The position numbers and the translations under genes were made by a program. DNA of 33,660 nt from Basidiobolus meristosporus CBS 931.73 (taxonomy: Eukaryota > Fungi > Basidiobolomycota): NCBI GenBank assembly GCA_002104905.1, contig MCFE01000815.1, positions 1 through 33,660 on the forward strand, read 5' to 3'. Below the pieces are notes generated by a model. The model was not told the origin of the DNA and ran no database searches. It was given only the letters and a program-made list of their open reading frames with translations. This document shows positions 23,609 through 33,660 of this stretch, one piece after another (positions within the stretch are counted from its first letter, which is position 1; each line of letters begins with the position of its first letter).

Positions 23609-23964
23609 TGTTAGGATCTAACGCTGAATTGTCTGAATTAGATCAGTTTTTAGTCAAATTAATTAGTTTTATGTTTAGCCTAATGGTGTTACATTGTTAT
23701 CTATCAAATCAGTAGTATCAATCAGCAGATCATTAAGGGACAGAAATAGATATATTAATTGGGCTTTAATTGGATGAAAATGACGCAATCCAATGAGTTC
23801 TCAGCCACAATCTACATTAGGAAGTACAATCAGTCAGCAATTGACCTGGCAAAATGTATATAAGGAGCTACTGGAACCTCAATAAAAATTGTTTAAGTTT
23901 TAGTAAATATACTGATAGATAAACTTCCTATTCCTGTACAACTTCTATATCAAGACTTGTAACA
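23609..23964 (+). repeat. Solo LTR of gypsy family E/F (356 bp)
   Basis: TGTTAGGATC...GACTTGTAACA. Flanks TCCC/ACCC. Removing it rejoins the RT-RNase H connection (KW/DIAC) of element F. Confidence 0.85.
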
Positions 23965-24365
23965 ACCCACTTCAAGGTGTTGCCTTTCTTGAAAAATTAT
24001 TCAAAAGGGTTGTAATATTTGCAAAGTACTTGACAAATCTCCAACAACAGGAAACTATTCCAAGAAGTGATATGTGCTCTGAAATGCTATGGGGCTGCCT
24101 CAGATTCTTGATAACTTCCACTCTCTTTAGATGTAAGTTCACTCCTGTGCTATTCATTATGTGTCCCCATTACTCAACTGGTTTTTTGAAGAGCTCACAC
24201 TTTGTTAGCTTGCTATGTAGCTTGTTCTCTCTGAGCTTCTTCAGGACCTTTTCAATGTGCACCAGTGGTTCTGTGCTCTCTTGCAGTATACCAATATGTC
24301 ATCTAGGTAGATTACCCCATACTTGTCTAAGTTATGCCAGAAGATAGTTAACTTCAAGGTTCAAT

Positions 24366-25099
24366 AGACTTGTTCCGTTGGATAGTGCCACATTGAGCCA
24401 TCAGTGCCAAATGATGCCATAGTGTGCCAGGGAGGCTAAGTGAGCCTATACTTGGCCACAGTGTGTGAAACATAGATCTGCATCTTCATGCAAAGCAGCC
24501 CCTGTGTTTTACCAATTGTGTTGGAGAAAATCCATTTTTTGACCTTTTTTTTTAGGTCAATGTTGTGCAAGATGTGTAAGAGCACAAAAGGATTGAAGAT
24601 ATGCATTTGGTACTCAATACCCATGGCACTCTGAATCTAGCTCCTGTGGCTTGTAACATGTCACAACAATGCATGGCACTATCTTGGTCCACTGGTACTA
24701 TCTGGCACTATAAGTGCTTTGTATAGATCTTACTTTGGGGCTAATAATTAAATATTGTGCCAGATAGTACCAGTGGACCAAGATAGTGCCATGCATTGTT
24801 GTGACATGTTACAAGCCACAGGAGCTAGATTCAGAGTGCCATGGGTATTGATTACCAAATGCATATCTTCAATCCTTTTGTGCTCTTACACATCTTGCAC
24901 AACATTGACCTAAAAAAAAAGGTCAAAAAATGGATTTTCTCCAACACAATTGGTAAAACACAGGGGCTGCTTTGCATGAAGATGCAGATCTATGTTTCAC
25001 ACACTGTGGCCAAGTATAGGCTCACTTGGCCTCTCTGGCACACTATGGCATCATTTGGCACTCATGGCTCAATGTGGCACTATCCAACGGAACAAGTCT
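24366..25099. mobile_element. Intact 734-bp foldback element (Pangu/PHIS-like), copy 2
   Basis: Arms 24366-24708 and 24757-25099 (343 bp each, about 4-5 differences by eye), 48-bp spacer, perfect AAT duplication. Removing it restores the RT frame NAPATx*TL...IF...YLDD. Confidence 0.95.
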
Positions 25100-26120
25100 A
25101 ATATGTTGCAGGGGCATTGGTGAAGCCAACACTCATGACTATGAACTTGTAATATTAATTTCTGGTACAGAATGCTGGCTTAGGGATGTTGTCCAGTTTC
25201 ACCCCTATATGGTTGCATCCTGACATGAGGACAATCTTGCAAAATGTGATGGCCCCATTGAGTTGGTCCAAAAGCTTACCAGTCAACAATACACAATACT
25301 TATTCTTCATTGCAACAGACTTAAGGGCTCTGTTGTCAGTGGACATCCTAAGTGTTCCATCTACTTTTTTCATAAAGAGCACTGGTGCACCCAAGGTGAC
25401 TTGCTGGTCCTAATGTATCCTTCCCCCTATGGTGGATCATATTTTCTCTTCTTTGCTTCATTCCAACGGAGTCATCATGTAAGGTGTCTTGCGCACTGTG
25501 GGGCTGGCTCCTGTGTCAATGGCATGATCCATGGCTCTGACTGTTGAAATTGAGGTTGAACTGGTAAGTTCCAAGTAGAGTCTAGTTTTCAAGAGAAATT
25601 GTTCTAACATGTATTGAGTGATGCTTGTGAGTCAATTACATTCTTGGCAGGAACTCCAATGTCTACTCCATTCAGATATAATATTTGCCCTTGGCTTGAG
25701 GTTATTGGGGATAAGTATTCTTCTGTCATATGGAAGGTGAGTATAAGTCTTCTTCAATCTCCTCCAACAGGGTACTATGCTCAAAAGCTTCAATATGGGT
25801 GAAGGTTTCTGTGGACTGGTGTCCATTTCTTTTCTGAGGGCAGTACTTTGAGATATGTCCTTGCTAGTACTCTTGACAGGGCTTTGCTGGCTCTGGCCCA
25901 TAGTATTCATTCCTTGTTGCTGCTGGCTGAGGATCTGGAGTAACTGTTGCTGTTTGGCCAGGATTTGATGCATAGAGTTCTTTCATTCTTCATTTTCTAC
26001 CATCTTGAGGGAGGCTGCCTCCTGCTTCTGGAGGCAAGTTTCTAGTATTGCTGCTACTAATGTTGCAAGACTTAGCATAAGAGCTTTAGATGAAATAGGC
26101 AGTTTAGCTAGTATGGTACT

Positions 26121-26613
26121 AGACTTGTTCTGTTTGATAGTGCCACATTGGGCCGTGGGTGCCAAATAGTGCCATCGCATGCCAGGAAGGCATAGCAGAC
26201 CTGAACTTGGCCACAGAGCGTGAAATATGACTCTTCATCTTTATGCAAAGCAGCCCCTGTGCTTCACCCATTGTGCCAGAGAAAATCCATTTTTTGATCT
26301 TTTTTTTTGGGATCAACATAGTTCAGGATGTGTGAGAGCACAGAAGGACTGAAGAAATGCATCTGATACTCAATACCCATCTTCAATCTTTTTATGCTCT
26401 TACACATCCTGCACAAGATTGATTTATATAAATAGGTCAAAATAGGGATTTTCTCCAGCTCAATGGGTGAAACACAGGGGCCACATTACATGCAGATATA
26501 GAGCTATGTTTCACATTCTGTGGTCAAATATTGGCTCAATTGGCCTCATTAGTACACTATGGCATTATTTGGCATTCATGGCTCTATGTGGCACTATCCA
26601 ACAGAACAAGTCT
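26121..26613. mobile_element. Foldback element copy 3 with central deletion (493 bp)
   Basis: Both termini present. The left arm stops at AATACCC (26380) and joins the right arm at ATCTTCAAT. Flanks ACT/ATT. Confidence 0.85.
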
Positions 26614-28419
26614 ATTCACTACAACTGCACTAACTATTGCTGAGGCTCCAGCAGCACCTTGTATTCATTCCCCAGATCATAACACTAAGACTGAGCAAAA
26701 CAATGGACCCAGTTGATCAAGATGAATACTTTTTAATAGGTTGAGCAAGAGTGTTAAAGTATCAGAGAGCAATGTTGGAAGTGAAATGCAAAGTTGGAGT
26801 ATTAACATCATATTCACTGGTTGGTTCATTGAGATGCAACATGGTAATTGAACTCATTACAAAGCTACCTAAATGTAACTGTTTGGAAGAAGAATCCTAG
26901 CTTGGAAGAATGCAAGAAGAAAGTACTTTGCTTCAATTGCCTCCAGTATGAGCATATCTCAAAGATCTACCCTTACAGAAGAAGTGGATATTGGTCAACA
27001 AGAACTTTCAGTCATACTGTAGTCTGAGAACATAGCAGAGTTTAGGATGAACTTGAGGACAACTCAGAATACCCTTCAATACTACAGAAGAATACTTTTC
27101 CCAAAAGATCTCAAACCCAAGGAATTTATTATGCCTGAATAGAGTAATTGTGGGGGTTCCTGCCAAGAGCATTATTGACTTAGGAGCATCACTCAAGCTC
27201 ATGACAAACAATTGGCCTTCAAAGATGGAATGCACTCAGAACCTACCAGTTCATCTTCAATTTAAGCAGCATATGGGAGCTCTTAGCAAGATCAACCATT
27301 TTAATTAGCCAGTAAGAATGTAGATAAATGTTTATGAAGAAGACCTACAGGCCTCAATATCTGAAAGCTGCAAATCTGATGTGGTGCTTGGAAAAACATG
27401 GCAATTCAACTGTAGTCCATCAATCACATAGACACAATACCACTCAGACCCAAAAAGGCAACCAGATTTGTGAGTTACTACCTACCACTCTTAACCTCTA
27501 CTTTGTTAATTCTGGTGTTTTAGAAACAAGTGAGCGCAGCAAAACATGGTTCTTTATATCACTTAGAGAAACATCACTGGCATACATAGTACAAATCAGA
27601 TTGGCCCAGCTTGCCACCAATGTACTTGGAGGACAAAGCCATTCCTAATGAGATCAAGAAGATTATCAGGAATGAAGCTATCAAATGGGCAGTAAAGGAA
27701 AAAACACTCTGCCAAATTGTTGATGGAAACCTTATTGCCTATGACCACTATGTTCCTTGCCTATATTTAATCCATAAGCTACTTAATCAATATATACATC
27801 TAGCAGCTGATGAAGTCTATAGCCTGGCAAAAGCTGGAGCATGGTGATCCAGAAAGAAGCAGGAAAATGGGAAGCAAGTGAAAGCATGCTCAAGTTAGCA
27901 TAATTAGCCAAGCTTACCTACACTGAATTACTGAACTCTGCCCCTTGAAGCCAGACAGATCAGCTGAGAGATGTGTAATTGACTTTATTGTAAGACTGCT
28001 CACTGTCAGAAGAAGCAATTTGTGGATTTTATTAGCAATTGACCAAGCCACCATATTGCCTGTGCCTATAGGTTTTCTAGTGGCAGGTAAACAAAAAGTT
28101 CCAAGTCTCATATACCATAAGATCCTGATGAAGCTTGGATGCTCTGGGAAAATGTTGTTTGATAAAGGGGCAACTCTATGGCAAATGCATTTGATGCCTA
28201 CATGGAGACACAGCAGATCAAACATTAGAAAACTTTGGCATATTACCACAGAACCAATTGAGTAACTGAGCGGCTTAATAGATTGTTTGGAAAAGTGCTG
28301 ACCAAGTAGGCCAACAGAGCTATAAGTATATGGGACAACCATACTGATCAGGTACAGTTTTATTGAAGAGTTAGAGTGCACAATACCACCCTAGAATTGC
28401 CACTTTACTTAGGTGAGAC

Positions 28420-28933
28420 TCAGGTACTGCTTTGCATGAAGATGCAGAGCTATGTTTTACACTCTGTGGCCAAGTAGAGGCTCATTTGGCCTCTGTTGCA
28501 ATTTAAGAAGTGATTTGGATACAAGTAACTTATCAAGAAATAACGATAATAATTGAACTGTTGTTTATTGATAAAGAAGCTCAGTATATATACCTTTGTA
28601 GAAGTAATACAGCTGTGACACCAAGTAAGGAGGGTTTCTCAATATTCAGGAGCATTCTGTTACAGTTTCAGGGTTAGTACATAATAGTTAGTATTAGTGC
28701 TAATCTGATCCTGACTATAGGGGAATAATCATAAGATCATAGATCTGAAGAAAGTGGCAAAGTCAGAGCTGTAAATTAGTCACATAGGGACCAAGACTAG
28801 TCCAGAATTGCAAAGTAAATTTTTAGGTGCAGAATGATACTAAATAGTCCAATATTTTAACAGCCTCCCTGGCATAGTATGGCATCATTTAGCACTCATG
28901 GCTCAATGTGGCACTATCCAACAGAACATGTCA
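28420..28933. mobile_element. Outer right-arm fragment of a foldback element, interrupted by a solo LTR
   Basis: Matches 24960-25099 on both sides of the LTR. Ends CATGTCA followed by ATT. Confidence 0.85.
28494..28862 (-). repeat. Solo LTR of copia family C (369 bp)
   Basis: TG...CA ends, perfect 5-bp TSD GCCTC, reverse-complement homolog of 30737-31105. Confidence 0.95.
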
Positions 28934-29535
28934 ATTAACAACTACAATAATGATGTCAAGAGGCAAAAGCCAAATATCTTCAAGTGCAGAGAAGATGAAG
29001 CAGAGATTTGATAGAACTATATCACCGAAAGCATTGACAGTTGGGAGCTTTGTATTGCTGCAAAATCATACTTAGAAGGAGTTGCATCCACAATGGACAG
29101 GACTACTCAAGATCATCAGAGAATGTCCATTTGCTACTTGTCAACTTGTGTACAAAGAAGGGAATATCTGGGAAGATTTAGTTTATAGAGACAGACCCAA
29201 GCTTGCAAGACTTGCAGACAGTACTGAACCATCAAGATATTAGTATTGCAAGAAAAGTGATTCAGGAAAACCCTTTGAACTGCAGTAGGGGAGAGTGTTA
29301 TGATCTATTACTCAAATGTTTAAATCTAGTCAGCTTTTGATCAAATCAATTGGTTTCATGTTTAGCCTATCAGTATATCAGTGTGATCTATCATATCAGT
29401 AGATTTAGTCAGCACATGGATTGGCAGAACCTTTTCATACAGAAATAGATATACTAAGTAAGATATAAATGGGTGATGATAATGTAATCAAATCAGTCAT
29501 CAGTCACAACCTACATTAGGAAATACAATTAGTCA

Positions 29536-30422
29536 TATAGTGGCCAATAACCTAGAAACACTGGAAGAGACTAAATTCAGTCTATCTAAGGAGTTAAAGA
29601 TGTCCAATCTAAGAGAACTTAATCACTACTGAGGGATTAAGTTCTCCATAGACAGAAGTACCCAGACTATCACCCTAAGCTAATCCAAGTGTATTCAAGA
29701 TGTACTAAAGAAGTACCTGTTGGAAGACTTTAAACTAGCAGCTACCCAAATAGAGACAAACCTTGACCTGGTCAGACTCAACCAAATTAACAGAGCTTGG
29801 TTCCATATGCAAGCCCTAACTTTCCTTATCAATCTGTGGTTGGCACTGTGAGGTACATCATGCTTGTAACACATCCATATATCTTTTATTCAGTGGAAGT
29901 TGTCAGCCAACATAATCAGAACTATGGATCTGATCATATTGCAGCAGTTAAGCAGATTTTTATATATATAAAAGGAGGTGCTGATATCTGCTTAGATAAG
30001 TCCATATGGATTTGGAACAGAATCTTGTGGGATACTCTGATGCTGATTAGGGACAAAATATAGCTGATAAAAGATCCACCACAGGATACACCTTTCTTTA
30101 CTGTAAAGAAGCAATCTTATGGATTCAAGAAAGCAATCAAATGAAGCACTTCCCACCACAAAGGCAGAGTATCTGGCAGCCTGTGAAGTTGCAAAAAAAG
30201 CAATGTGGTTAAGAAAGCTATTTACAGGCTTAGGCCTGTGTCAAAAATCTCTATTACTTTATTTCATGGTAATCAAGGATATATACAATTAGGTAGGACT
30301 CTAGCTCTTCATGCTAGAACTAAGCACATAGATATTAGATATTATTTCAAATGTGAAGCAATAGAGAATATCTTGATTAGCTTAGCTTACAGTCCTTCAG
30401 ATGAAATAATCATGGACATATT
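29536..30422 (+). pseudogene. pol: Ty1/copia RT-RNase H fragment (family-A-like)
   Basis: IVANNLETLEETKFSLSKELKMSNLREL...PYQSVVGTVRYIML...RSTTGY...LHARTKHIDIRYYF. Homologous to 16860-17548 (-). Confidence 0.9.
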
Positions 30423-30736
30423 AGACTTGTCTGTTGGATAGTGCCACATTGAGCCATGAGTACCAAATGATGCCATAGTGTGCCAGGGAGGCAAGTGAAC
30501 CTATACTTAACCATAGAGTGTGAAAGATAGCTCTGCATCTTCATGCAAAGTAGCCCCTGTGTTTCACCCATTGTGTTTGATAAAATCCATTTTTGACCTT
30601 TTTTTTAGGTCAATGTTGTGCAGGATGCATAAGAGCACAGAAGGATTGAATATATACATCTGGTACTCAATACCCATGGCACTCTGAATCTTGCTCCTGT
30701 GGCTTGTAACATGTCAGAAAAATGCATGGCACTTTC
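30423..30736. mobile_element. Left arm of a foldback element, interrupted by copia C
   Basis: ATT then AGACTTGTCTGTTGGATAGTGCC..., colinear with 24366-24682 up to GCATGGCACTTTC. Confidence 0.9.
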
Positions 30737-31105
30737 TGTTGAAATATTGGACTATTTGGTATCATTCAGCAGCTAAAAATTTACTTAACAATTCTAGGCT
30801 AGTCTTAGTCACTGTAGGACTCATTTACTGCCTTAACTTTGCCACTTTCTCCAGATATATGATCTTATGATTATTCCCCTATAGTCAGGATCAAATCAGC
30901 ACTATTACCAAACATTATGTACTAACCCTGAAACTGTTACAGAGTGCTCCTGAATATTGAGAAACCCTCCCTACTTAGTGTTGCAGCTGTATTACTTCTA
31001 CAAAGGTATAAATACTGAGCATCTTTATGAATAAACAACAGTTCAACTATTATCACTATTTCTTGATAAGTTCCTTATATCCAAATCACTTCTTAGATTG
31101 CAACA
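30737..31105 (+). repeat. 5' LTR of copia C (369 bp)
   Basis: TGTTGAAA...TTGCAACA, followed directly by the PBS. Confidence 0.95.
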
Positions 31106-31118
31106 GGTTATGAGCCCC
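31106..31118 (+). promoter_or_regulatory. Primer-binding site GGTTATGAGCCCC (half initiator tRNA-Met type)
   Basis: Abuts the LTR CA end and is identical to the copia A PBS. Confidence 0.9.
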
Positions 31119-31141
31119 GATTGCCTTAATCTATTCTAAAG

Positions 31142-33660
31142 ATGACTTCTACCAGCAAACAAAGCAATACCAACATCTTCCCTGTAAAGGAGAGGTTTGA
31201 TGGGAAGAACTACAGACTTTGGAGAATCAAGATGCAGATCCACCTTGAGGAAAGAAAGCTTTGGAACATAGTAACAGGAAAGGAAGTTGAGCCCAAAGGA
31301 ACAGCAGAAGATGTGGAGAAGTTTCAAGAGAAGGAGAGAAAGGCCTTCAATGCAATATGCATCAATGTGCAAGACTCCTTCATTGGACAAATCCATGCCT
31401 CAAATACTGCCAAAGCAGCATGGGAATCCTTAGAGAAGATCTTTAGAGCAAAGTCAGTATCAAGCAAGCTTTATTTGAAACAAAAGTTCTTCAACATGAG
31501 AAAAAAGCCAGATGATGACATGCTACAACTCATTACCAGAATGGAGACACTTGCAGAAGAACTTTACAGTATTAATGCTGGTGTAGATGATGAAGAAAAG
31601 ATACTCTGTCTGCTTTGCAGCCTACCAGACAAGTATGAGCCACTCATACTTTCTTTTGAAAGCAGAGAAGACAACTTGACTTTAGACTATGTCAAAGGAA
31701 GACTTCTCCATGAAGAACTCAGACGTAATGATCAAGCAGAGAAAATTGAAGATAATGCTTTATTCAGCTCAGAAAGGCATACAGAAAAGAAGGGAAAGCA
31801 ACAAAACCAAAGAAAACCTGGCTGCTGTAACTACTGTAAGAAGCCAGGACACTGGGCAAGAGAATGCAAGAAGAAACAAGCAGACAAAAAACAGAAACTA
31901 GAGCAGGCAAACCATATAACTACTGATGAACAGCTATTTGTCACTGTACAAGAGAGTGCAAGTAACCAAAGTAATGAATGGTATATTGACTCTGGAGCAT
32001 CACAGCATATTTGTGGTATAAAGGATTGGTTCAGCAACTTAAAGACTATTCCCGTAAGAAAGGTTTATCTGGGAGATAACTCTGCATTGGAAGCTACCGC
32101 CAGTGGGTCTATACAACTAAATATGAGTGATAACTCAGGGGCAACAACAGCAAAACTGACTGACGTACTCTATGTACCTGGAATAGCTAAGAACCTACTC
32201 TCAGTCAGTAAAGCAACTACTCAGGGACTGAAATTTGTTTTTACTAAGCCGAGCTGCTCAATATTGAGTGAAAATGGACAAATATTAGCTTTGGGAATCA
32301 GAGATCACAATATATACAAGTTACAATGCAAGATCATTGTACCTGAGTATGTCAACATTGCTGAAACTGATGAAACCAACTGGGAGACGTGGCATAGGAG
32401 GCTAGGACACATAGAGGAACAGAAAATGAGCAAATTGGTGAAAAATCAGCTTGTTTTGGGCCTAAAATACTCAATTCCGATCAAATTGAATGTTTGTAAG
32501 GGATGTTCATATGGCAAACAAGCTAGGCAACGTTTCAAGAGCTCAGAAGGCATCAATACCACCGAAATATTGGCTATTGTACACTCAGACATATGTGGCC
32601 CCATGAGAACACTGTCCTTTGGAGCCAAGAGATACTTTATGACGTTTATTGATGACAAGACAAGACATACATGGGTGTACTTCCTCAAAACAAAGGATGA
32701 AGCTTTAGAGACGTTTAAGCACTTCAAGAACATGGCAGAAACACAAACTGGGTGTAAATTGAAGGTACTACAAAGAGACAATGGATGAGAATACTGCTCA
32801 AAGGAGTTTGCAAAATACTGCTTGTCTACTGGTATACTTCAACAGACCACAGTTCCTCATACTCCACAGCAAAATGGAGTAGCAGAACGTGCAAACAGAA
32901 CAATAGTAGAGATGGGAAGATCTATGCTACATGATAAGGGAATGGACTACAAGTTTTGGGCTGAATCTGTTGCTACCGCTGTATACATCAAGAACAGATG
33001 CCCACCAACAGCACTACGTGATTCTACACCCTTTGAAGCATATACAGGCAAAAAACCAGATCTCCAGCACCTCAGGATCTTTGGCAGTGATGTTTTTTAT
33101 CACATCCCTGACAAAAAACGCTCAAAGTTGGAATCAAAGAGTAGAAAAGGGATCTTTCTTGGGTATTGTGAAGATACTAAAGGGTATAGAGTGTATGATG
33201 GCGAAATTCAGAAGCTGATCAAGAGCAGGGACGTTGTATTTGAGGAAAATTCAGATCAGAAAGCCACAGAAATCATTGGCCAGCTGCCTGATGATGCAAT
33301 CAACACAAATGAAGAAGATACGTACCAAATCCAGCCAGATATGGAAGATACTTCTACCAGTTCCAGATCAGAACAGATTATCCCAGTTAGGAGATCTACC
33401 AGAATAAGAAATGCCCCTGGATCCTGGTGGCAGACATCCAATGATCATGAAGAAGCTTATCTTGCCTTATGTGCCAAACCTCAGAATCTGGAACAGGCAA
33501 TGCAAGGTCCAGATGCTACTAAGTGGCAACAAGCCATGCAGGAGGAGTACCAATCACTGATCAAGGCAAAAACGTGGGAACTGGTAGATTTACCAAATGG
33601 GAGAAAGCCAATAGGATGTAGATGGGTCTACAAGATCAAGATAACCTCAAATGGTGCCGT
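31142..33660 (+). CDS. gag-pol: Ty1/copia gag-pol polyprotein of element C; one in-frame TGA at 32786-32788, otherwise open to the window edge
   Basis: gag FDGKNYRLW, knuckle CNYCKKPGHWAREC, protease WYIDSGAS, WHRRLGH, integrase DNG*EY...PQQNGVAERANRT, RT start WQQAMQEEYQSL...GCRWVYKIK. Manual translation shows no further stop after 32788. Confidence 0.95.

Larger units (their letters stand above)
22075..26117 (-). mobile_element. gag-pol: Ty3/gypsy element F (gag fragment, protease, RT, RNase H, integrase), decayed, with three nested insertions and no own 5' LTR
   Basis: Protease VIDSQAS near 25640; RT APVLFMKKVDGTLRM...FTNAPAT...VIYLDD; RNase H FAIGGVLSQE*EGKEYPIAFLSKKL; integrase WILVAVDLAT...FECPRQILSDR. 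Confidence 0.9.
26617..29535 (+). mobile_element. gag-pol: Ty3/gypsy element E (gag zinc knuckle, protease, integrase, PPT, partial 3' LTR from 29296); RT-RNase H deleted
   Basis: CFNCLQYEHISKIYP; IIDLGAS; DVVLGKTW; integrase IDFIVRL...WILLAIDQAT...LGCSGKMLFDKGA; VGSFVLLQN...PQWTG...DLVYRDR. GGGGAGAG is followed by TGTTATGATC at 29296. Confidence 0.9.

Noticed and set aside
32786-32788. Programmed stop-codon readthrough
   Set aside because: The stop is inside the integrase core, not at a gag-pol boundary. A point mutation is simpler.

Overview
Eukaryotic, gene-free nest of transposable elements with strong CpG depletion and no intact host gene. The host is probably fungal, inferred from primer-binding sites that need an initiator tRNA-Met with a CUCAUAA loop. 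Contents, all read by eye: (1) four partial copies of a two-gene CACTA/EnSpm-like element. A Tnp2-type transposase sits head-to-head, about 290 bp apart, with an unnamed partner ORF that can only be rebuilt by comparing copies. (2) Seven copies of a non-autonomous DNA transposon family with AGACTTG...CAAGTCT ends and 3-bp A-N-T flanks, which fits the Pangu group of the PHIS superfamily. They come as a ~730-bp foldback form with 343-bp arms and a ~210-bp MITE carrying a TGCC array spaced exactly 10 bp apart. (3) Two Ty1/copia families with a Ty5-type half-tRNA primer site; one copy is nearly intact and runs off the right edge. (4) Four decayed Ty3/gypsy elements, one with Tf1-like self-priming complementarity, plus solo LTRs. 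The most interesting signals are repeated, apparently non-random relations between families. MITEs inserted twice, independently, just upstream of the transposase ATG. One copia family inserted twice into foldback arms. Foldback elements sit twice at head-to-head junctions. Coordinates and counts are manual. Family assignments come from motif recognition, not database searches.
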